Assembly (NCBI RefSeq): GCF_902459465.1
Contig: NC_047080.1
Span: 12,276,001-12,340,000, forward strand
Length of the DNA stretch: 64,000 nucleotides
Direction: 5' to 3'
DNA from: Asterias rubens
Taxonomy: Eukaryota
The notes beneath the pieces are model-generated. The model was not told where the DNA came from and did no database searches. It saw only the letters and a program-made list of their open reading frames with translations. Position 1 is the stretch's first letter; every line of letters begins with the position of its first letter. Position numbers and translations under genes: made by a program. This document shows positions 23,438 through 33,427 of the stretch, in pieces.

Positions 23438-26400
23438 ATGAATAAATAAATAAATAAATACAACTCAACAAGGTTGGGCCCAACACTAGACTAACTTGGT
23501 TCTGGACATTTAAAGACACTGGACACTATTGGTAATTGTGTATCTTAATGTATCTCAATATATGCAAAAAATAGCAAGCCTGTGAAAATTTGAGCTCAAT
23601 TGGTTGTCAAAGTTGCAAGATAACTATGAAAGAAAAAAACCCTTGACACACGAAGTTGTGTGCTTTCAGATGCTTGATTTCGAGACCTCAAATTTTAAAT
23701 CTGAGATTTCGAAATGACATTTGTAGAAAATTACTTCTTTCTCAAAAATTACATTACTTCAGAGGGAGCCGTTTCTCACAATGTTATATACTATCCACAT
23801 CTCCCCATTACTCATTACTCATTACTAAGTAAGGTTTTACGCTAAACATTACTTTGAGTAATAACCAATAGTGTCCACTGCCTTTAAATATGCATGGGAC
23901 TTGTAGTATTGACAGCAACTTTGGGCAACCATGTTTGAAAATGCCACTGTTTTTGGTTGTTTTTGAAACATTTACATGTAGCTTACCATTTATGGCTGTA
24001 TCCATTGTATCTTCAAGGACCTCCTTTTGCTCTCTGCTGCGCTCTGCCACCACCTCCTGATCACTCTTTGGATCTTTCTTGATCTTCTTCTCTCCATCAT
24101 TACTTGCCTCATCTTCCTCGTCATCCTGAAAAACAACTACTTTATTATTTGAAGGAACTCTGTATGTTTGTTTGTTTGCTTGTTTGTTTGTTTGTTTTTT
24201 AAGTTCGTTGGACTAAGAGTGTGCAAGACACTGATGAAGTGAAAAACATGCTCTGTTGTATGGGATTTAAGGCAATGCATGGAGTGGTCAATATTTGTGG
24301 TAACACAATGTGTGTATTGCTTATATTGATCTATTGTACTTTAGAGTATTGGTGCACTCTCAAGCCCAAATTGCCCTTTAAACAAAATTCCACGGGACAC
24401 TCTAAATACGAAGTCAATCAACCATGGAGTTCCCACACAATACACTTGTAACAACAATACAACTATAAATTATATAAATAGTAGACTTGCAGGTACAACC
24501 ATGTGTAAAATCTCTTTGGAGGTAGTGTTGACTCTAAAAAGAGTTGGTTTGGTCTCAACGTTTGGAACAGTATACTCTGCTCGTCTCTACACTTGTAGGC
24601 TGTACACACAGAATAAACCCATGTACCCAGTAGTAACACTTTCTAGCAGTCTGTTGTACATGTATAGTATACCAAGAGCGGTTTGGGCACTGATGGACAT
24701 TTACAGTAGAAACAAATCTTATAAAGAAGCAATAACGGGTACCAACCAGCACGTCTTTTCGTTAAAACAAACTCACCTCAAATTTTGGCCTCACTGGTGA
24801 CCTTGACCTTGACCTTGATGACCTTTCCGTTGTCGCTTTCAAACCTGCCTCAGTACTGTCTCTTTTCTGCTCCCCCTTTACTCCCCTGGAGTTGAAGTGT
24901 TCCCTACTGCTAGCAGCGTGCGTATCAGTTTGAGTCTGTTCTGTTTGCTTATCTCTGATCGTTGGAGGAACAGTAAACTGTCTTGGAGGTATGGTGGGAG
25001 CAGACTTAGCGAGAAGGGGTGACATCATGAGCTGTATTTGTTGTTGTACAAGACTTTCTACATTGGTGGGCATGTGTGCGCTGGCATTCCTAAAGCTTAT
25101 GGATTCGGGGATACGTTTTGGAGGAGTATGGCTCGGGTGTTCTGGAAGTGAGGAGCGAGTTTTGTTAGTGTTCGGACCACCACGTATATTTCGGTCATCT
25201 TCCCATCTGGCTTTGGGTGATTTACCACTGTGGGGGCTCCATCTTGATCGATCACTGTCTCTTATGTTTCTGTATCTATCAGTGTGATGGTCATCTTTGC
25301 GTATATCATGCTGCTGGCGATGATCGTCACGATGAACATCGTGCTGACGAGAATGGCTACCCCGGTCATCCCTACTACTGAAATGACCCCCAGCAGAGCC
25401 AACGGTTGACTCATTTGTGGTTGGACCCACCCACCAGTCAAAGACATCTTCTGGGTTTGCTTTCAGTGTGTCTTGACCCTGTCCACTTGGAGTCCAGTGA
25501 TCTATCCACTGCCTCCCACCTCGGCTGAAGCTACCTCTGCCACGACCCCATCCCCTTCCACGTTCATTGCTCCGTCCCGATCCCCGCCAACTTGCAGAAT
25601 ATGATCCGCTACTCTGTTGCTGACTAGAGGAGCTAGATGAATAGTGTGTACCACCGCTGCTACCCGACTGCTGACAGTAACTCCCGCTGTTGAAGGACCC
25701 TGAACTCTGCCCCTGGGAGTAATTGCCGCAGGCAGCGTAGTACTTTTCCATTTGGGCATAAAAGTCTGCGTACTGGTTTGCCGGTGGTGCTGCCGGGTTA
25801 TTCCCTGATGTAGCAAGCATGGAGGACGACACACCACCTGTACCATAATACTGAGCAGCTGCAGCTGCCGAGTTGCTGCTTGTAGATGATGCTGCATTAG
25901 GAGGTTGGGTACTAGACTGGGATGTGGGCTGTGGGGTCTGGTTAGTATAAGCAGCAATTGCTTGACTGTAGGACTGCCACCATTCTATCAAAGAAAGGTA
26001 AGAAACTCACTATCAAGAATGCATCCACAAGTAGATGTTGTCAAATGACATGCTCTGAGTTTGATTCCTATAAAATACTAGTCTTATACTCTAAACTAAA
26101 TTTAATAGTTGCAGTAACATAACCCTATAGTTGCAATAACGATAACGTTATCGCAACTATCTTAATCATATCATAGACGGCGGTTCCTACCCCTAAGGTA
26201 AGTAATACTACCCACCGACTGGGTGTTTTTTTTTCATCTGAAAAATAGGCTAGCAATAGCATTAACTTCTGTTGTAGAAATACTCTTTTTAATTTTCCCA
26301 CTTCTCTATTCTAAATTAAAACAGTCACTGTGCATGTTACAAGTGCCAGCACAGATAAATACAATACATCCTTTATATAAAAAAACAATAGAATTCTAAG

Positions 26401-27194
26401 TTACTTCAATACTTGGCACAATGACACTTACTTCTAAAAACTATAAAGCTCCCCTGTACACAGGGAGCCTTATAGTTTCTAGAAGTAAATGACACTGACC
26501 AACACTGACAATAATGAAAATGACACTCAGACAATTTTAATGGCATCCGTTATTAACAGCTCAACAAGGCGGTCCTACTACTTGCCGTCAACTCGCCGAC
26601 TTGCCGTCAACTCGCCGTCAACTCATTTTCGTGCCGTCAACTCATTAAATTTACATGAAAAATCTATAAAAAGGGGGCACGGAAGTGTTAAGTCTGGGCT
26701 AAACTACATATTTCTCATGGTTTTCGGTACAAATTTATTCACAAAAACGACTTTGTGTTGATAAAAAAAAAGTACCAATCATTGACATCTTGGGCCAAGA
26801 CTAATCATTGTGAAAAAGCAAGATGGCGGCCGACAGTTTTTTGGCTTCGAGAATTTTTTTTCACGAGAAAAAAAATCAATTTTTATTCCGAAATATGACC
26901 TAAAACTTACGCAAATGCTCTTTGAGCTGATACTTTACAGTTCTATGCTTCTTTTGTGGATTTTAAATGTATATTGGAGGAGTTGACGGCGAGTTGACGG
27001 CGCAAGTGAGTTGACGGCGAGTTGACGGCAAGTAGTAGGACCCCAACAAGGTGGGTTAACGTAACATGTTATGTACTGTGACATATTGAATAAACATAAA
27101 ACATGAATTGTTCTCAGTTCTATCTTATAATCTTACCTGCTAGTTTCGTCAATTGTTGGTCCTGTTGTGACATCTGCGACGATAAAGACTGCAT
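21387..27194 (-). CDS. Low-complexity RGG/SYGQ protein with C-terminal matrin-type (U1C-like) C2H2 zinc finger, CIZ1/matrin-family-like, about 565 aa
   Basis: Phase-consistent minus-strand exons 27194-27137, 25984-24777, 24125-23987, 22548-22429, 22093-21975, 21440-21387 (1698 nt including TAA). Exons 4-6 give YDSSKKYGEEYIREVTAFQCFLCGRRFWQQDEVEHHCRSQGHFTNYQKCK (C-x2-C...H-C-x-S-x2-H) followed by a poly-Asp tail. Confidence 0.85.
23399..23459. repeat. (TAAA)n microsatellite
   Basis: Direct reading. Further microsatellites: (TCAA)n at about 10577-10601 and (GTTT)n at about 24164-24195. Confidence 0.95.
23510..23887. mobile_element. Second full copy of the TTAA-flanked (Kolobok-like) MITE
   Basis: TTAA|agacactggacactattggtaatt ... 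accaatagtgtccactgcct|TTAA; the interior is the reverse complement of 19146-19534. Confidence 0.85.
26570..27043. mobile_element. 474-bp non-autonomous DNA transposon with 8-bp TSD and GCCGTCAACTC subterminal repeats
   Basis: TSD caacaagg at 26562-26569 and 27044-27051; TIR ggtcctactacttgccgtcaactcgccg / cggcgagttgacggcaagtagtaggacc. Confidence 0.88.
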
Positions 27195-27439
27195 TTAGGC
27201 GGTCAGGACTACCATCAACAAAAACAACGAACTTTACGCGACGATTTTGCAGCAAAAATCGAGGGTTCAGCGTTAACTAAAATTCTACTTTCTTCTTGAA
27301 AATAAGGTATTCTTTTACACTCTGCTAAGGTCATCCTCGTATTCAAGACTGGGCTGGGATATTGCCGTGCTTATAAAGAGAACGAGATAATAACATAAAA
27401 GGTACAAAATGAGGACGAAGTTGAATTTACTGTTTACGG

Positions 27440-27454
27440 AGCGCCCTCTACTGG
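27440..27454 (-). promoter_or_regulatory. CTCF-like motif in the divergent promoter between the zinc-finger gene and MGST1
   Basis: agcgccctctactgg; reverse complement CCAGTAGAGGGCGCT closely matches the CTCF core. Confidence 0.45.
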
Positions 27455-27867
27455 TTGTAAGTAGCAGGCCTCCAACTTCAGTAAAAACCAAAGTGCACTT
27501 ACAAACTCGGGAAAAAATTGAGATTTTGTCTCAAATTTTATGTAGTTTTTGTTAAACACATACTACGTATCAGAATGTGACATTTTTCGGTTGAACATTG
27601 TTTCAAGCGATGTAATTATCTTGGGTCATCTTTGAAATCGAGTTGATTGCAAACTTTATATTATATTATGACTGTCTGATTTTACGATGACCTATAATAA
27701 TAAGAGTCAGGACTTAAAAGGGCACAAAAATCAAACAAGATAAGGGTTTGACTTTGATCTCAGGAGGTCATACAGATCCCCACTTAGTTACTGTTTGGTC
27801 GTACCATGGAGCTATATGGTTGTACGGTGTAGACGCCTCATTTGTTGTCGAAGTTCTGCCAAAAAAA

Positions 27868-30242
27868 ATGTCGACCGATGATCAAGTTTCCTTATTATCA
27901 TTCGACAATGAGGTGTTTCGTCTGTATGCTTGGTATGCCACAGCAGTGACGGTGAAAATGATGCTCATGTCGATATACGTCTCTCAATACCGACTTAGAA
28001 GAAAGGTAGTTTTTGTTATATTGGTCTACTAATTAGCCCGTGCTATGTTTACAATAATCCACACAGCAGCTGATTTGTTATCATATTGCAGCCCCATAAT
28101 CAACCAAATGATGTTGATCACTGCTTGCCAGTCGCCCAACGATCACCAACTCACCCCCAGTGCATGCACAGTAAAAAAAAAAAATGTCATTATTCTGAGA
28201 GTATAGAGGCAAATTCAAATTGCATCAGTTTTTCTAATCGTCCCCAAAGCCTTATAATCATATTTTCACCTCGTATCGAGTTGCCGAATCATGATATGGA
28301 ACAGAGGTCAGCGCACTTTCGAAATAGTTATCCGGTCTCACGAATACGTGTTTTAAAAACCCAATTGCACCTTTTTCTCAAAAACATGATCTAATCCCAC
28401 TAGTCTTGTTTCGAGTCACTTATTCACATTTCCTTAAAAATTCCTTTGAAAACTAAATGTTCATTAAATAAGAAAAATTACATGTCCTTCGAAGCACTGG
28501 ACTCCCACTTAACTCTTAAAAGCCCATACACAAAAACTCTCTGTCAATTAGATTCTGTGCAAATTTTTTACTAAGAATCGCCTTGATAATCAAGCCTAGA
28601 ATCTCATCTTTGGGAGGGGGGCAAGACCATTGATTTCTAATTTTTACAGAAGGGCAATTCCATTTGGAAAATCTTTAAGTCTATGGGAAATTGTTGAAGG
28701 GGCGCAACATTCAGGACAAGGGGCAACTGGGACCATGGCCTCCGTGGCCTTCATACATTTAATTCAAAAAAATGTGTGTTTTACTCGAAATCTTAGATCG
28801 GCGTCAATTAAGTGTTGATTGTTTCTCGGGTAGGTAGCGCCTTTAGAAACAGGTTTTAATTTTTTTTTTTCTGGGATAAAAAAAAATACCCTAAGAACAG
28901 TGCCTGGATAACTTTCCGTATGGCGCCACCACTTTTTCACTCATTTTTACAAAAAGGGATATATCAATCAGGTAAATTAGATACTATATTATTTTATTTC
29001 GAATGAAAAAGTGGTGGCGCCATACGGAAACTTTTCCCAGTGCCTCTCAAGTAAAAAAAAATACTTTAACACATAATAATAGCACCAATACATGGTCAAG
29101 GGTAGGGTACAGATTGTATGCATGTAGGCCTCCTTAAAATTAGTAATTATTTAGTCAAAGTATCAACTATTATTTGTTAGCAATCTCTCGAAATACAAAC
29201 ACTAGTTGTAAGGGCCTATCAAACAATGAGCTTCCATTGATTGTAAACAATATTTGGAAAGGCTAGCCGCGGTCAAGCATATTTAGAAAGGATGTTTGCG
29301 TCGCATCCTCAATCATGACCTTGCACGGATCCTGAGATTGTTTTTAGCAACGTTAATTTTCACGCCCCCCCCCCCCTTGTCACACCTTTTTCAGGTTGTT
29401 GAAAACCCCGAAGATGTTCGTGGCGACAAAGTAAAAGCTTTCAGAAGAGATGAAGATATTGAACGTGGTAGAAGGTAAAACAATACTTTTAAATGAAAAA
29501 AAAATAAAAAAATCTACAGGTAATTATAATGTACTCACGGTAGGATTCGAACCCACAATCTTTGCTATGCCAGAGAAAATATCTCATCAATGTCGTATAG
29601 ACTATTCGACTATTCGCACCCCTGTCTCGGGAGCATTAGAAAGGGAATGGATGGTGGATGCTGACACACACCACCCCCCCCCCCCCCAAAAAAAAAAACA
29701 ACAACAACAACAACAAAAAACAGCACCTTCTACTTTCATTATTAGGTTTGCTGTGATTTTCTAAGCTTGGCTTCAATCATGCCTATATACTTAGGTTAGG
29801 CTATTGTACGTATATATGCGTTGATGGTAATGCGTTGAAATTGTTCGTTTTGCTATTTTCATTTTGTTTAGTCATGGAGGTAGAATTATTAGTCAAGTAA
29901 TAAAGGCCAATACCACAAGGGAAACTGACCGGGTAAATTCTGTTTGAATTCATGGATGCTAATACAATTATAAATGAAATTCTTACCTATACATGTAGGT
30001 GTCACCGCAATGACATGGAGAATATCCCTCCGTTCTTGATCGTGGGTCTCCTGTACGTCCTGACAGGCCCAACTGTTTACAATGCGACTTGGTACTTCCG
30101 CGTCTTCGCTGGGTCTCGGTTCTTCCACACCGTGGCATATCTCCTTCCCCTACCTCAGCCATCCCGGGCACTAGGCTTCTTTGTTGGTTGGTGCACCATC
30201 GTCTCAATGGCCATAAACGTTCTCAAAACTGGTCAAATGTAA
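27868..30242 (+). CDS. MGST1: MAPEG-family microsomal glutathione S-transferase 1 / prostaglandin E synthase-like protein (153 aa)
   Basis: Exons 27868-28005, 29395-29474, 29999-30242, phase-consistent. Hallmark motifs NPED, ERGRRCHRNDMENIPPF, RFFHTVAYL, PLPQPSRALGFFVG. Confidence 0.92.
28906..29037. mobile_element. 132-bp MITE with 8-bp TSD and GG termini (Merlin-like)
   Basis: Perfect TSD cagtgcct on both sides; TIR ggataactttccgtatggcgccaccacttttt / aaaaagtggtggcgccatacggaaacttttcc. Confidence 0.88.
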
Positions 30243-31587
30243 CACATACACTAGCCTAGCTAAGGAGACTCATAGTTATTGTAGACAATGGCCCGAAAAG
30301 TTAATTTGGCACATGCGTGGGTCTTGTTGCTTTAGAGAGTGGTCTGTCAACAGAGTGGCCTAGTTTCAAAGACAGTTTAAATCCACTGTCATCCGCTGTG
30401 TTGATAAACTATCAGCAATCCTCGATTAAAAGAATGTTAGATATACTACCATACCATCACAGTAAAAACAATGGAAACTTCAAGACTGTCCTTTCGTCTG
30501 TTTTAAAAAGATTGCACGCCCAACATTCTGTTACAATGTGTACTTTCAAAAAGGGCGCCATTTTGAACGTTGGTCATCCTCGCCCCAAAACTGCAGAGTA
30601 ATGAAATGAAGTTTTTGAAAAAAGAATCAGGTCAAGGCCCTAGTTTCCTTTTTTTAAATAAACAAGACAGTGAAATATTATTGTCTAGCTCTTTATGAAT
30701 CCATAAGTATTAATTTGAGGTTTACAATAACTTTAATTAAGTGAGATTTTTTAGTTTTATGAACTGCCATTTTAGACGACGGCTGTTTCCGAATTGCCTG
30801 AGATTATGAGTTGACGTACAAAACGCCTTTAGCAACAGCCGTCGCTGCACCAGTTCGCATGCGCCTTTTCTTTATGCTGTTGTTTAGGTGTTATATGGTA
30901 TTAATTACAAAACGGAGTTTGTTCTAAAATGATTAATTGTTACCTTTCTTTCACGAATTTCATAGAGTCTGAATCAACAGCATGTACTCAAATCAAACTC
31001 GTAATTTAAATTTGATATTTTCCTTGAAAGTCAGTGTTTGTAAAGTTCCAATATGGATGTTAGTAGTCCGAGTTAAACTCCTTAAAAATGATAGTTCTTT
31101 TACAAACAAACAAAGACTATTGTCTCTCAGGTTGTTGAGAAAAATGTAAGAAATTTATTCTTTATTACTGTTAACTTAAACAACTGAAAGGTATTGTTAG
31201 TTAGTAAAATACAAATCATCAAACACAACCACTAATACATTTGGAATGTAAATAAAATCTTAATTAAATTTGTAAACTGAATTTCAACAAATACAAAATA
31301 TTTCATTGAAATAGTGTTCTGTATGGCATATACTTCAAAGTTGAAACTGAACTAATTTTAAATAAGTTTGTAAATGAATGTTAATACCCGAAACATAAAA
31401 AAAAAACTTGCAAATTACTTTAAGACATTGCAAAAAATGTACAAAAGAAAATAAAGTTAACCGTAACAACCACGCTTCCCTGTATATAACTCTTGCGGAG
31501 AATTTTGTTTATGGACGGTTGGTAGGCCAATAGACCTTCATCATGGAGCAGCCATTTTGTTTTACTGCCTATCATTCTACACCAACA

Positions 31588-31684
31588 TAGACCGTGTCTG
31601 ATACGGCAACTTGGCTACAGCTACGGCAAACTCACCGATCTAGCCGTAGCTGTAGCCAAAGTCGGCGTTTGAGACAGAGCCTAA
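31588..31684. mobile_element. Small hairpin MITE (Harbinger-like)
   Basis: Inner palindrome ggctacagctacggc / gccgtagctgtagcc; imperfect outer TIR ending gagacagagcc|taa. Confidence 0.6.
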
Positions 31685-32474
31685 GGCTGGATGGAACATA
31701 GTCTAGTCCCTTTAAATGGAATGAGATGAACTGTGATTATTATTGTGTGAGCAGGAAACCAAACAAAGATTGTCACACAATGATTCAAACTACAAATTGG
31801 CCGCTATGGTTATGGGTACAACTGGATTGTCTGTTATCAGACTTTGAAGTATCGGACAGAGTCCATTAGTAACCGCCGTAGCTGTAGTAGCTACCAAATT
31901 GACTATGACCAGTCTACTAACGACTGACAAAAATTAGTGCAGAATCTTGTCCTAGTTTCAAGGTCTAGATATTACGGTAGTCTTATGAGGAAAACAAATA
32001 AAGTTTGTTCATATTTTGTTCTTTTCAAGATGTCTTCACGCTACACAGGAGATATTTACAAGATATTTAATTTAACTACTTACTAAAGTAACAATAAGTT
32101 GTTCAAAATGACTCTAAGCCTCTAACAGTGAGATAGTAAAAAATATATTCTTCTTTTTGTGACTAAAATATACTCTAAGATACCCTTGCTGCCAGGTTGA
32201 TGATAGAAATTTTTGTTCATTAATACAGAGAAAGAAGCGAGCTAATCATACTTCAACTAGGCCTACTTTGTTCTTTAAAAGGCACAACATATCAAATGAA
32301 AATGGAAGTTTAGGTACAATTTACCAAGTGTTGTTTTACAAAAAACAACAACAAACATACACAAAGTTTATTGTGTGCTGCATAACTATAAAACAAATTA
32401 CTACAAAGGAAGGACCATTTTGGCAAAATCTCATGGCTCTGCTTGCCGCAGACCTCTACGCTTACTGAACCCTG

Positions 32475-32639
32475 TATAGATAGTTCCCACATGACGTAAA
32501 TCGGCCATCTTTACGGGCAATTTGGAACACACAGCCGTGTAGCACAGCGTGGCTGCCTTAATTAACTGGGCGTTTGACGCGCCTGCAAGCCAAAATGCAA
32601 TTTGCCCGTAAAGATGGCGTCTATTGCAACTTATCTATA
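32475..32639. mobile_element. MITE-like foldback with TATAGA termini
   Basis: tatagatag...gccatctttacgggcaat pairs with attgcccgtaaagatggc...ttatctata. Confidence 0.65.
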
Positions 32640-33427
32640 GCACATGAATCAATAGGCTAAAAGCGCACAGCCATGGAATGGGCGACCTTTGGCAACACTA
32701 GGTGGCAGAAGATTAAATCTTATGTTGTTGGAAGTCAAGCACGCTCAGAACTACCAAAACAATGGAAACTGACCATGGCCCAATTTCATTAAGCTGTCAC
32801 TTATAAGCAGAAAATACTACTTAGAAAATTTCTATCCTGAGAAAAAAATTGGTGGGGCACCAGTCACAACAATGTAAAGTTCATGTAATTTTGGCTTGTA
32901 ACCTGTTTCTGTTAAGCAATACTTTTCTTTGCTTAGCAAGTTTCTGTGCTTACAGGCTTAATTAAATTTGGCCCTTGTATACTGTATGGTCAACAAGTAT
33001 CGCCAAGCCTCCACCTCTAGGCCTAAGGGTTGATTTCAAAAAGAGATAAGATTAATCATACCAAGTTAATCTTAATTGCTAAGCAAATTGTGATGTCACA
33101 ATACAAATCACTATGGTAATATTGACAACTCATCTTAAGATGACTATTAGAACTTTGTGAAATTGAACCCAGCTCTTGCCCGTTTCAAAAACACATGAAG
33201 AGGTGGTCATTTTAATATCTGGACACATCAAAATAAAACTTCAAACCAAAATTTCAAAACCTATTCTCAAATCAGCACACAAGTTAATATTTTACAAATA
33301 TTGATAGATACAAATATTTGATATTGATTTTAATTATTGCATTATATATTTTTGAGTATAATTTCACATCAAGGCCACTCGGATAAATTCCTTTATTTAC
33401 GTAAACATTTCTTCGTTTGTGATTTTT

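Noticed and set aside
24991-25957. Overlapping alternative-frame and antisense ORFs within the zinc-finger gene's large exon
   Set aside because: Expected shadows of a long low-complexity coding exon; no independent signals.
29536-29620. tRNA genes suggested by ggattcgaaccc / ggttcgaatccc motifs (also about 35160-35230, 57520 and 62180)
   Set aside because: No full cloverleaf can be built; they are degenerate tRNA-derived SINE heads.
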